A DNA stretch of 64,000 bases, from the NCBI GenBank assembly GCA_963777605.1, contig CAVZRV010000007.1, positions 1,087,914-1,151,913 on the forward strand. Reading direction: 5' to 3'. The stretch is from an uncultured Acidobacteriota bacterium. Its GTDB lineage: Bacteria; Acidobacteriota; UBA6911; RPQK01; JAPXNP01. A program made the translations under genes and the position numbers. Below, piece by piece: positions 45,101 through 55,754 of the stretch. The first letter of the stretch is position 1, and each line of letters starts with the position of its first letter. The notes beneath the pieces were generated by a model, which saw nothing but the letters and a program-made list of their open reading frames with translations, was not told the origin of the DNA and searched no databases.

Positions 45101-47431
45101 AGCCCTCTCACGGGACGGTTACGGTTGAGTCGGCGACATCGGTTCGCTACACTCCCGCGGCCGACTACAACGGCGCTGATTCCTTCGGCTACACGGTTGC
45201 CGACCCCGCCGGCCTGATTTCGTCGGCGACCGTTTCTGTGACGGTGACCCCGGTCAACGACGCACCGGTTGCGGGTGACGACGTGGCCACCGTAGCGCCG
45301 GGACAATCGGTGACGATCGCCATCCTGGTCAATGACAGTGACGTGGACGGTGACCAGCTTTCGATCTCTTCGATCAACAACGCTCCCCACGGAACGGTGA
45401 CGAAAGGGCCCGAACAGGTTTTGCTCTACACGCCGAAGAACGGCTACGAGGGAACCGACGCATTCAAGTACACCATCAGTGACGGCAATGGTGGAACGGC
45501 CTCGGCCAACGTTCAGATTACCGTGACGGCGAGTAGCAATCAGCCTCCAGAAGCTGTGGCCGATTCGGTGACGACAGCCGAGGACCAGTCCGTGACGATC
45601 CCGGTGCTGGGCAACGACAGTGATCCGGATGGAGACATCCTCTCCGTCTCGTCGCTCACGGCTCCCCAGCACGGTACTGCAACGCGGCAGTCCGGGGAAA
45701 CGGTACTCTACGTGCCGGCCTCCAATTACAACGGTTCTGACGCCTTCTCCTACACGGTAAGCGACGGCAAGGGCGGAAGCACAACCGGTACCGTCTCGGT
45801 GACGGTGACTCCGGTCAACGATCCTCCCCAGCCGGTTGCCGACAGCATTACGGTGGAACAAGGACGGATCGGTGTTGGTCTCTGTCCTGGACAACGACCA
45901 GGATCCGGATGGCGACGTCATTACAGTCAGTCGAGTGTTGGCACCACAGAATGGAACGGCGGTTCTCCAGGATGACGGACAGGTTCTCTACACTCCGTCC
46001 GCTGGATACGTGGGATCCGACAGCTTCCAGTACGAGGTGTCCGACGGAAGGGAAGCCAGGGGCGCTCAGGTCAGTGTCCAGGTCGTGGAACAGGTTCAGC
46101 AGACCAGCGCCCTGGTCTTCCCGGTCACCGTAGATACCGGTTCGTCCAGCTACCTCTCCGGCACATACGTGGGAGTCGGGCTCTTAAACCCGGGTTCCAG
46201 CTACGAAACGGTCAACGTGGCCGATCGGAGCACGGGTGGGAAGAGCCTGTCCGAGGTCCAGCTGGCCGACCAGCTGCCCCCGAAGGGACAGACCGCATTT
46301 CTGACCGGAGAACTGCCTTCGCTGAGTCCCGACTCGGTCTCACTGTCGATCTCCGCCTCCAGTTCGAGCCTGCAGGGCTTTTTCATGGTAGGCGATTTCG
46401 CTTCCCGGAGAATGGACGGAGTGGGTGCCCAGCTCGATGCTTCGACCACCCTCTACTTCCCGGTGGTCCACGAATCATCGGTTGACTCGACTCTGATTCA
46501 GTTGCTCAACCCCTCCGCAACGGAGACGACCTGGATCAGCCTGGAACTCCATCAGCCCAACGGCAAGATCGCGGCCCAGGTGAATGCGGCCATGGCCGCG
46601 GGCGGGTCCTTCATGGGGACCATCAAGGAGATCTTCGGGATCAAGGGCTCCATGAGCGAAGGTTTCGTGGCGGCCAAGGCCACCAGGGCGATCTCCGGCT
46701 ACGAAGTGGTCGCGAGCCAGAAGAGCCTGACCTCGGGTTCCGGCCGGAAGCCGGCCTCGAGCCAGCGACTGTTGGCGCCGCACTTCTTCGCCGATTCGGA
46801 CGGCGGAACGTCGGTGGTTCGGATTCTCAATGCCGGAACCCAGACGGCGATTGCAACCATCAACGTCCGCAACGACGCCGGTGAAACCATGGCCCGGAAA
46901 GAGGTGACTCTGCCGGCCAGCCAGTTGACGGTGGTCACGGCCGCACAGATCCTCAACCTGGGGAACAAGAAGCCGAGCCAACTCCTGACCGGGTCGATCG
47001 ACGTCTCGATTCCCCAGGCAACACCGGTCGTGGCCAGTCTCGAGTTCACCGGTTTTGCCGGCAAGTCCTCGACGGCCGCACCGATGGTGGAATCCGGGTA
47101 CGAAGACACAGTCTTCCCCCAGGTTGCCCAGACCACCGACGGTTCGATCTACACCGGCCTGGCGATTCTGAACCCGAACGAGACTTCGGTCAACGTGACG
47201 GTCGAAGCCTACACCGCCGACGGTCGCCTGGCCCGGAGGAAGTCGTTCGACCTTGACCCGCGGGCCCGCAAGATTGACCTCCTGTCCGGAGCCTCCTTCT
47301 TCGGCCCCGACTTTGCCCAGACCAAGGGCCACATCCGGGTCCGGTCCACCGGCAAGGTCGTCAGCTACGCCATCTTCGGCGACGCCCGGGGAGAGTACCT
47401 GTCCACCATCGAAGGACAACAAGCGAAGTAA
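42133..47431 (+). CDS. Large secreted adhesin: FN3-like domain + 13 tandem-95/cadherin-like repeats + four-module C-terminal region; frameshift near 45860
   Basis: Signal peptide; LQWDAN...AGYNLYRS...YYYVCTAVN..GLES; repeats N..P.A.ND....V..ND.D.DGD.L...HG...YTP..NY.G.D.F.Y.ISDG. Confidence 0.9.
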
Positions 47432-47779
47432 CATTTCTGATTGGTTGGGCCGGTTTTGTGGGGGCGCTGTGCGCGCTGGGTTGGGTTGCTTGTTTCTGGT
47501 TCCTGGTTTCTGGTTTCTGGTTCAACGGGCGACGTGATGTGGTTGTCCCCTGAATTATGGGCCCCTGGTGGGGAAGGCGAGTGTTGGTCGGCCGGACTAT
47601 CGCCCCGCATTTCTGAACGCGAGCGGCGAGCGCTTCTCCAGACCTTCATCCATCGCCCACCCTGGATTTTGCCCCTATCGCCAATTGCTCCGGTCTGCGG
47701 AATAGCTCAGGAGACCGGAGACAGGAGACCGGAGACCGTGAATCCAAACGCGCAACGCCGGAACCTCGGAACGCGGAAC

Positions 47780-48860
47780 CTCGGAACCCCGGAACCCACC
47801 ACCGTCCGGTTCAGTTGCGCGCACGTTTTGGGAATTCATTTGGAGTGCGGAACCGAGAGGTTCCGCTTTGAAACCCGGCACGTCGAACGGAAGCGAGAGC
47901 TTCCGCCGTGCTGAACGACGAAGACGCTTTGTGGGCGAAGCTGCAGGCCCGGAGTGATTCGGGAGTCTGAATTTCGAATGCGAATCCGAATAGCGAACTC
48001 GAAGGCCGAAACCGATGTGCGAACTCGGAATTTCACTCACCATTTGCCCTTCCCACTTCGCAATTTGAAAAGGCTCCTTCAAGAGGGCCAGCCGATCGCT
48101 CCACCGCGCCCGAGGTGAGAGGCAACGGAAGCTTTCGCTTCCTGATGACGGGCGAACCGTTCCGCGTTGGACAAAAGCGGAAGCTGTCGCTTCCAGCACT
48201 CCACATTAAAGTGTCGGTTTATTAACGATTTGCGGAAAAGCCAGCGCAGAGCCTCGTAGGACGTTCCAATAATCAACTGAACCCAGGACACTCCCTACCG
48301 GAACCCCGGAACCCCGGCACCCCGGAACCTTGGAACCCGGAACCCCGGAACCCACCACCGTCCGGTTCAGTTGCGCGCACGTTTTGGGAATTCATTTGGA
48401 GTGCGGAACCGAGAGGTTCCGCTTTGAAACCCGGCACGTCGAACGGAAGCGAAAGCTTCCGCCGTGCTGGACGACGAAGACGCTTTGTGGGCGAAGCTGC
48501 AGGCCCGGAGTGATTCGGAAGTCTGAATTTCGAATGCGAATCCGATCGAAGCTGAAACCGATGTGCGAACTCGGAATTTCACTCACCATTTGCCCTTCCC
48601 ACTTCGCAATTTGAAAAGGCTCCTTCAAGAGGGCCAGCCGATCGCTCCACCGCGCCCGCGGTGAGAGGCAACGGAAGCTTTCGCTTCCTGATGACGGGCG
48701 AATCGTTCCGCGTTGGACAAAAGCGGAAGCTGTCGCTTCCAGCACTCCACATTAAAGTGTCGGTTTATTAACGATTTGCGGGAAAGCCAGCGCAGAGCCT
48801 CGTAGGACGTTCCAATAATCAACTAAACCCAGGACACTCCCTACCGGAACCCCCGGAACC
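47780..48860 (+). repeat. Tandem duplication of a ~545 bp intergenic unit containing REPIN family B
   Basis: ~47780-48310 is nearly identical to ~48340-48860; units joined by GGAACCC heptamers. Confidence 0.9.
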
Positions 48861-48954
48861 CCGGAACCTACCGTGAACCACCGGAACCAGAACCGGAACC
48901 ACCAGGAACCAGGAACCTCGGAACCCGGAACCCCGGAACCCCCACACCGCACTG

Positions 48955-49045
48955 GGTATCGTGCCGGGAACCCGGGGCCGCGGCTTCGCCTTACCCCCGG
49001 CTCTGTGTCCGGCACCAAACCGCGCCACCGCCGGAACCCGGAACC
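48955..49045 (+). repeat. Repeat family D; also at ~60095-60190 and inverted at ~28298-28345
   Basis: GTGCCGGGAACCCGGGGCCGCGGCTTCGCCTTA.CCCCGGCTCTGTGTCCGGC.CCAAACCGCGCCACCGCCGG shared between sites. Confidence 0.85.
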
Positions 49046-49229
49046 CCGGAAGCTTCCCTTTTGATTTTGCCATCCCCTTTGGTTTACTATTCCCCCCGAA
49101 ATTCGAAATTCGAAATTCGACCTTCGGACTTTGCATTTCGAAATTTGAATTGCTTCACCTCGGGGGAGGAGGAAGCGTTGACTCCACGGACGGACCGACG
49201 CATCGCTGTCGCCAGGATACGTTCGGAAC

Positions 49230-51965
49230 ATGTTGCGTTGGATTCTTATAAGTCTTGCTCTTTGCCTCACCGGGCTGGTTCTCCCTGCCCGCGGTCAATC
49301 CGTCACTCTGCAGTGGGACCCGAGTCCTGACTCGAGCGTGGTCGGCTACAACGTCTACCGTTCGACGCGGTCGGGTACGGGCTACCAGCGTCTGAATTCC
49401 AGCCTGGTTTCCGCGGCCCGGTTCACCGATGCCACGCTTCAATATGACACCAGCTTCTTCTACGTCTGTACGGCCGTCAATGGAGCCGGCCTGGAGAGCG
49501 GTTACTCCAACGAGGTCTCCTACTTCGTGCGCCAGGAAAACGCGGCCCCGTCGGCGCAAAACGACGTCGCCGTAACCGCCGAAGACTCACCTCTTTCCAT
49601 TTTTCTACTGGCCAACGACAGCGACCCCAACGGAGACGCGCTGGCTGTTGTCGGGCTCGGGGTTCCGAGATTCGGAACGGTTTCACTTGTGGCCGGGGGG
49701 ACCGTTCTCTATCGCCCTGGCGCCAACTTCTTCGGCGCCGACTCGTTCACCTACACGGTCAGTGACGGCAGCGGCGGGACCGCGACCGGCAGCGTCTCCG
49801 TCACGGTGACCCCGGTCAACGACGTTCCCCTGCCGGAAACCGACCGTGCCACGACCAATTCCGACACGTCCGTTGTCATTGAACTGCTGGCCAACGACGT
49901 GGACGTGGACGGCGACTCCCTGTCGGTCGCTTCGGTCGATCCGCCCGCCAACGGCTCGGCCCGGCTTGAGGGAGGGACCGTCATATACACTCCTCGGACC
50001 GACTTCAGCGGATGGGACACCTTTGCCTACACGGTCGTCGATGCCCAGGGGGCACAGGCTGTCGGATCGGTGATGGTGCAGGTGATCAAAGTCGATCCTC
50101 CCCTGATGGCGGTTGCCGACGTGACCCGGGTTTCGGAGGATTCTTCGATCCTGGTCGATGTCACCGCCAACGATGTCGGCTCCCGCGAGGTTCCGTTCGT
50201 GGTCACAGTCGTTGAACCGCCCCGTTCGGGGAAGGCTGTGACGGCATCCGGAGGGGTGCGCTACACCCCTGTCGCCGACTACTTCGGTGCGGACGCGTTC
50301 ACCTACCAGATTCGGGACAAGGACGGAATGACCTCGAGCGCCCGGGTCAGCATCGACGTCACTCCGGTCAACGATCGCCCCGAGGCCCGTGCCGACGTTG
50401 CTCTCACCCAGGCTGGGAAGGCGCTCCGGATTGACGTTCTCCTCAACGACAACGATGTTGACCGGGACCCTCTGCAGGTGACTGCCACCACCCATCCCCA
50501 GTACGGGACGGTCACGACCGACGCGGACGGACAGCTCACCTACACACCGAGGGCCGGCTTTACCGGGATTGACCGGTTTCGTTACACCGTCACCGATGGG
50601 ACGGAGAGTTCGTCGGCCGAAGTGGAATTCCGGGTTGAGGCGCGGGATCCGGCGGGAGACCGGATCCTTCTCCCTTCGCGAATGGAGTCCCGCTCGGCGG
50701 TCTTCGACGATGTCTTTGTCGGGGTGGCCCTGCTCAATCTCCAGCCCTACTTCGACCGGGTCCGGCTCGACGGCTTCGGCGAGCAGGGGGAGAACCTGGC
50801 CGGCGTCACCGAGGAAGCGGCCCTGCCACCCGGCGGTCAGCGGGCCTTCCTGGCAGCCGAACTTCCCGGGGGTGACGGGGCGGCGGGATACCTGGCGGCG
50901 TCGGCTTATTCGCCAGGTCTCGAGGGCTTCTTCATGGTCGGCGACTACCAGTCGCGCCGGATCGACGGGATCGGTGCACGGCCGGCTTCCGGTCGGGAAC
51001 TCTTCCTTCCCGAAGCCGACATGTCGGCCGAGAGCGACACCTTCATCCAGGTGGTTAACCTGGAAGCGAAAGCCGGAAGGGTCCAGCTGGAACTCTACGG
51101 TCCGCAGAGCCGGACCCCCGTGCGCTGGTCGGGGGCACTTGTCCCATCGGGAACGCTTCGCGGTTCGATCTCCGACTTTTTCGGCTACCGGGCCGGGGTC
51201 ACGGGCTACCTGCGCATCAGCGCCGACGTCGAGATGCTTGCCTATGAGGTCGTTGCCGGGACCGAGTGGCTGGAAGCCCTGCCCAGCCTGGCCCCGAAGA
51301 CTTCCTCGTTCTGGATGGCGCCCCACATTTTTGCCGATCGACAGGGGGGCGACACCCTGATTCGGATTCTCAACAACAGCATCCTCACCGTCTCGGCGAC
51401 TGCGACGGTCTACAACGACGCCGGGGTCCAGATCGTCTCGCGGCCCGTCTACCTGCCGTCCCGGCAACTGACCACGATCTCCGCCACGAGCCTGTTCGGG
51501 GAGTACCTGATGCGGGAAGGGATCATCTCGGGTTCCCTGAAGGTGAGCTTTGGCAGTTCAGGAACTCCACCGGTCGTCGCTACCGTGACATACTCTTCCT
51601 CGCGCTTCCGGACCTCCCTGCCCATGGCCTCTGCCGGAAAGACCGAGGCGATCTTTCCCCAGGTAGCCCACTCGGCCGACGGGAGGATCTACACCGGGCT
51701 GGCGGTCTTCAACCCGACCGCCGGGTTCGCCACCGTGACGGTAGAGGTTTATGACGCCAACGGAAACCGGAAAGGAGTGACGTCGCTTCGGCTGGCGCCC
51801 AATGCGCGCCGCTCGGAACTGCTCAACGGGGCCTCCTATTTCGGTCCAGGATTCGAACAACTCGGCGGCCACGTCCGGGTCACCAGCGACCGCCCCGTCA
51901 TTAGCTACCTGACTTATGGAGACGCCAACGGGGAGTTCCTCTCCGCGCTCGAGTCAAGCAAGTAG
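49230..51965 (+). CDS. Paralogous adhesin: FN3-like domain + 4 tandem-95 repeats + four-module C-terminal region
   Basis: Same architecture as 42133..47431; shared motifs FVGVALLN, L.GFFMVGD..SRR.DG.GA, APH.F, FPQVA...DG.IYTGLA..NP, HVRV.S...V.SY...GD..GE.LS. Confidence 0.9.
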   Translation: MLRWILISLALCLTGLVLPARGQSVTLQWDPSPDSSVVGYNVYRSTRSGTGYQRLNSSLVSAARFTDATLQYDTSFFYVCTAVNGAGLESGYSNEVSYFVRQENAAPSAQNDVAVTAEDSPLSIFLLANDSDPNGDALAVVGLGVPRFGTVSLVAGGTVLYRPGANFFGADSFTYTVSDGSGGTATGSVSVTVTPVNDVPLPETDRATTNSDTSVVIELLANDVDVDGDSLSVASVDPPANGSARLEGGTVIYTPRTDFSGWDTFAYTVVDAQGAQAVGSVMVQVIKVDPPLMAVADVTRVSEDSSILVDVTANDVGSREVPFVVTVVEPPRSGKAVTASGGVRYTPVADYFGADAFTYQIRDKDGMTSSARVSIDVTPVNDRPEARADVALTQAGKALRIDVLLNDNDVDRDPLQVTATTHPQYGTVTTDADGQLTYTPRAGFTGIDRFRYTVTDGTESSSAEVEFRVEARDPAGDRILLPSRMESRSAVFDDVFVGVALLNLQPYFDRVRLDGFGEQGENLAGVTEEAALPPGGQRAFLAAELPGGDGAAGYLAASAYSPGLEGFFMVGDYQSRRIDGIGARPASGRELFLPEADMSAESDTFIQVVNLEAKAGRVQLELYGPQSRTPVRWSGALVPSGTLRGSISDFFGYRAGVTGYLRISADVEMLAYEVVAGTEWLEALPSLAPKTSSFWMAPHIFADRQGGDTLIRILNNSILTVSATATVYNDAGVQIVSRPVYLPSRQLTTISATSLFGEYLMREGIISGSLKVSFGSSGTPPVVATVTYSSSRFRTSLPMASAGKTEAIFPQVAHSADGRIYTGLAVFNPTAGFATVTVEVYDANGNRKGVTSLRLAPNARRSELLNGASYFGPGFEQLGGHVRVTSDRPVISYLTYGDANGEFLSALESSK

Positions 51966-52509
51966 CACGCATTCTGTGGAGATGCGGAAGCGAGAGCTTC
52001 CGCTTTGCCCCCGGCAGTTGGAACGGAAGCGAGAAATCTGGTTCCTGGTTCCTGGTTCCTGGTTCAACGTGTCTCGTCCGGATGGGGTCGGCAGCCGCAA
52101 GGTAATCCAGGCAGCTTGCCTGGCGGAAACCGACCCATTTGGTCGCCGGCAGACCTCGGGAAAGCCCTGACCCGTATCGGAGGCGACGGAAGCTTTCGCT
52201 TCCTGATGACGGGCGAACCGTTCCACGTTGGGCAAAAGCGGAAGCTTTCGCTTCCAGCACTCCAAATTGAGTTGCCGCCGAAACGTCGAACTTTGAACGT
52301 GAAACCCGGACACTCCTACCAGAAACCAGAAACCAGAAACCAGAAACCAGAAACCGGGCGCGGCGCGCGCGTTCCGGCACAGAATTGTAAAAAATCCCGA
52401 CGCCCCGGCGTCCTGTCACCCATCAGATGACGCTTTCAGAGTCCGGCATAGGTGCCAGGACAAGGCGCAGTTCGCAGGGAATGGCACGCCTTCGCCAGGA
52501 ACTGCGACA

Positions 52510-52968
52510 CTAGTTCTGATCGTTGAGACGCTGCTGGGCGAGTGAGGTGAGACTTGCCAGCGTATTCGCCTCAGTTGGGAAAACGGCGACCGCACCTTCG
52601 ATCGTGTCTTCGTCGCGGTTGGGGAAAGAGCGGGAAACCTCCTCGTTGAGCCGATCGAGGACGCGCAGGGCGCTTTCAGTGGTGGCGTGTTGAAGGATAA
52701 TGCCGACTGTGTCCGGGCTCAGCTTCCCCATAAAGTCGGTGGCACGAATACTTTGCCCGAGACACCGGACCAGTCTTTCGACTCGCTCATCGTCGCCGGA
52801 ACTCCGTACCCGGAACATCGCAAAGGCGGCGAAATGCCCGTAGCGGTTCGATTCAGCCAGTTCCCGCCTGAGGAAGTATTGAAATCCTTCCGCGCTGAAA
52901 CAGGACACCTCCGCCGGTAACGAGGGCTCCAGAATTGCTGCTACGTTTCCTTCCACCTGGAGATCCAT
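52510..52968 (-). CDS. Stand-alone degenerate GGDEF-like protein with RxxD I-site
   Basis: F...LRRELAES.RYG.F, SIRATDFMGKLSPDTVGIIL, A..V..RL, GAVAVFP..A.....L...A. Confidence 0.75.
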   Translation of the reverse strand: MDLQVEGNVAAILEPSLPAEVSCFSAEGFQYFLRRELAESNRYGHFAAFAMFRVRSSGDDERVERLVRCLGQSIRATDFMGKLSPDTVGIILQHATTESALRVLDRLNEEVSRSFPNRDEDTIEGAVAVFPTEANTLASLTSLAQQRLNDQN

Positions 52969-53021
52969 AGAATTTTGTCCATATTACACGACTGACATCA
53001 CATCCTTTATGTATCACTCGG

Positions 53022-53078
53022 CGCCGACGCGCGTTAATGCCCGGATGCCCGACGCCGACGCGTGTTAACGCCCGGATG
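53022..53078. repeat. Two 26 bp direct repeats (31 bp period) in the leader of the GGDEF-like gene
   Basis: CGCCGACGCG(C/T)GTTAA(T/C)GCCCGGATG at 53022-53047 and 53053-53078. Confidence 0.85.
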
Positions 53079-53086
53079 TCAACCAA

Positions 53087-53102
53087 TGCAATTGATGTTC
53101 CA
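53087..53102 (-). promoter_or_regulatory. Sigma54 promoter for the GGDEF-like gene
   Basis: Minus strand TGGAAC-ATCAA-TTGCA (GG-N10-GC). Confidence 0.65.
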
Positions 53103-53386
53103 GTTTGTGGGAACAAGGTATCCGAAGAGCAGGTGCCCCATGTGCCAAACGGCCGCCAGTACGCCGCAAGTGCTGTAAGGCCGGGGAGACGTCGGCCTAA
53201 GTAATGCCCGAAAAAGGATTTCGAGGCCGCCGTTCTGTCATGGAATCCGACACCAGTTGTGAACCTCTTGAAACATCATTGTGGGTAGTCTGTTTCACAG
53301 CAGGGCAGGCCTCGGAAGTCCTTTGAATGAGCTAAGAGTTTTCTTTTCAGTAGCTTAGGCCGTTGCGTATAGTGCAGGAGTGACTC

Positions 53387-53402
53387 TGGCACGGGCAATG
53401 CA
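53387..53402 (+). promoter_or_regulatory. Sigma54 promoter for the small secreted protein, with IHF-like site at 53345-53357
   Basis: TGGCACG-GGCA-ATGCA; TTTCAGTAGCTTA upstream. Confidence 0.75.
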
Positions 53403-53478
53403 ACTGTAAGCGGCTGTGAATAAAAATCTTGCACCAAATCGACGTCAGGTCTACAGTACGGTTCCAGCGGGGTTCTCA

Positions 53479-53946
53479 ATGAGCAGAAAAGCCTGGTTTG
53501 CATTCCTGGCATGTGTGTTGTTGTGTGTCGCTCCGGCCATGGCCGAGGATTCGGTTTCCGAAGCCGTGACACCAAGTAATGTCTACGTGGGCTCGAACGT
53601 CCTCCAGGTGAAAGACGCTAACGTATTCACGACCTTTACGCTGACCAACACTACATCGTTCTGGTTCAATCCGCGGATATACCTGATCAACCTGGATGGT
53701 GAGATCGTCCGGCAGTTTGCTCCCCTGATGAAGGCTTTCGGGTCCTGGCAGAAGACCAGCATCGACCTGATTGGTGACGACTTTCAGGGCAGCGTCTGGA
53801 TCGTTTCTCCCCAGCCGATCGTGGCATCGGCCTTCATTCACCAGCTCCACGACGACGGAACAGTCTCCCTGGTTACCACCAACAGCCTCCAAAGAATGGA
53901 TCGCGACGTCGCCGACGCAGTCATCCAGAACTTGTCGGAACGGTAA
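53479..53946 (+). CDS. Small secreted protein resembling one copy of the adhesin C-terminal module
   Basis: Signal peptide ending AMA; T.FTLTN....., IYL.N.DG..V, L...GS, F.GSVWIVS.QPIVA. Confidence 0.75.
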   Translation: MSRKAWFAFLACVLLCVAPAMAEDSVSEAVTPSNVYVGSNVLQVKDANVFTTFTLTNTTSFWFNPRIYLINLDGEIVRQFAPLMKAFGSWQKTSIDLIGDDFQGSVWIVSPQPIVASAFIHQLHDDGTVSLVTTNSLQRMDRDVADAVIQNLSER

Positions 53947-54099
53947 TGCGTCTGGGACGGGCGTCCCCGCCCGTCTCGTAGCGAGAGTTTTCTCGAGGTT
54001 CCCGGTTTCTGGTGCCTCGTGTGAGACAGGCGTCCTGCCTGTTGCTTCGGCCCAAGCCTGACTCCGCGTCCTGATTCTGGTTCCTGGCGCTGCATTCGT

Positions 54100-54720
54100 C
54101 GTTCAGCGTGACGCGGTTGTTGATGCGATTTTGCGGTGTCATTTCTGAACGCGAGTGGAGCTTCTCCAGACCTTCATCCACTGCCAACCCAGGATCTTGT
54201 CCCTGTCCTCACCGATCCCGCCCGCCCGGAACCTTTGAGCACCGTCCGGTTACCTCGCACGCGCGTTCAGGGATTCATTTGGGGTGCGGAACCGAGAGGT
54301 TCCGCTTTGAAACCCGGCACGTCGAACGGAAGCGAGAGCTTCCGCCGTGCTGAACGACGAAGACGCCGTCACGGAACCTGCCTGGATTCGGCCAACTACC
54401 TCGCATCGACAGGCAGCAGCCGATCGCTCCACCGCGCCCGAGGTGAAAGGCAACGGAAGCTTTCGCTTCCTGATGACGGGCGAACCGTTCCGCGTTGGAC
54501 AAAAGCGGAAGCTGTCGCTTCCAGCACTCCACATGAAAGTGTCGGTTTATTAACGATTTGCGGAAAAGCCAGCGCAGAGCCTCGTAGGACGTTCCAATAA
54601 TCAACTAAACCCAGGGTGCATCCAACCAGACACTGGCCCCCGCAACGTTGACCGTGAAACCGTGAACAGTGCCACGTCTCACCAGAAACCAGAAACCAGA
54701 AACCAGAAACCTTGAACCCC
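54100..54720 (+). repeat. Left ~620 bp direct repeat flanking the exosortase gene
   Basis: Nearly identical to 55755-56385. Confidence 0.92.
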
Positions 54721-54735
54721 ATAACCTCGGAACGC

Positions 54736-55647
54736 CTAACCCTCCGGCGCGAGCCGCCGTTCCACGACCTGCAACCCCTTGATGATCACCGCCATGATAA
54801 CGAGGGCGATCAGGAAGAAGACGATCCCCCCGTCGTGGTGAAGGTCGCCGTCGAGAAAACCGGGGTCAACGTGGATGGAAAGCAGGGTCAGCGTCACGAT
54901 CCGGATCCCGTTCTTGAGCACCGACATGGGGAAGAGCAGCAGAATCAAGACGAAGCGGCTCCAGGGGCGCTTGAGCATGAAGTAGCCTGCCAGCAGGCCG
55001 GTGATCACCAGGGCCAGGGTGGAGCGGATGCCGCTGCACTGCTCGGCTATTTCGATCGCCACTCCGGGCAGGCGAAAGGTGTATCCCTCTCGGAAGACCG
55101 GAGTGCCGACCAGTTTAAACATCCAGTCGGTGATCCAGGCCGATCCCCACAGCAGCGAGTCGGTTACGGACTCGAGCAGGGCAATCGGAGGTGGAATGAT
55201 GAGGAGAAGAAATCCAAGGGGGAAAAGCACCTTCCGGGCCGCCTGCCAGCCCAGGGCATAAATGAACCCGGCCCAGTATGCGGCCACGAAGGAGGCCATC
55301 CAGAGGGTGAGTGCTGCCGTGTCGGGAAGCTGCGCCGGGGACCGGAAGGCCAGGGCGGCAAAGAGGACTGCGGCGAGTGCCGGAAAAGCGGCGAGGGAAA
55401 TCCGGACGCGCGGAACCGATGCCAGTGCCTCCTTCTGGGTCCAGAGCAGGTAAAGAAAAATCAGCGGGATCAGCCCGATGTGACTATGGTGCGGGTCCTG
55501 TTCCAGAGTCAGCAGTGCCGTGTCCCAAAGTGGCTGCCAGTAAAGCGCCGCCACGGCCGCGCTCACGCCCAGCCAGCGCCAGAACGAAGCCGGCACCTGT
55601 TTCAACCGTTGCTCCAAAGCCATCGCCACTCCCATGACTGCAGACAC
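54736..55647 (-). CDS. Exosortase (EpsH/XrtA-like transpeptidase)
   Basis: Multi-TM protein; SH..LIP, G.PVFREG, IAEQCSGIRS (Cys), KNGIRI (Arg), LHH.GG (His). Start may be 55635 or 55623. Confidence 0.92.
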   Translation of the reverse strand: MSAVMGVAMALEQRLKQVPASFWRWLGVSAAVAALYWQPLWDTALLTLEQDPHHSHIGLIPLIFLYLLWTQKEALASVPRVRISLAAFPALAAVLFAALAFRSPAQLPDTAALTLWMASFVAAYWAGFIYALGWQAARKVLFPLGFLLLIIPPPIALLESVTDSLLWGSAWITDWMFKLVGTPVFREGYTFRLPGVAIEIAEQCSGIRSTLALVITGLLAGYFMLKRPWSRFVLILLLFPMSVLKNGIRIVTLTLLSIHVDPGFLDGDLHHDGGIVFFLIALVIMAVIIKGLQVVERRLAPEG

Positions 55648-55754
55648 TATATCGTCAAATTGTTCGAATGTAGTTAGGGGAGTGGGGGTTGGGGGCGCTG
55701 CGCGCCGTTTTGGGTTGATCGTTCCTGGTTTCTGGTTTCTGGTTACGGGTTATG

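Noticed and set aside
47340-47431. PEP-CTERM or LPXTG sorting signals on the large surface proteins
   Set aside because: None of the C-termini has a motif plus TM helix plus basic tail
52481-52497. Sigma54-like TGGCACGCCTTCGC
   Set aside because: GG-GC spacing is 9 rather than 10, and it points into the 3' end of a convergent gene
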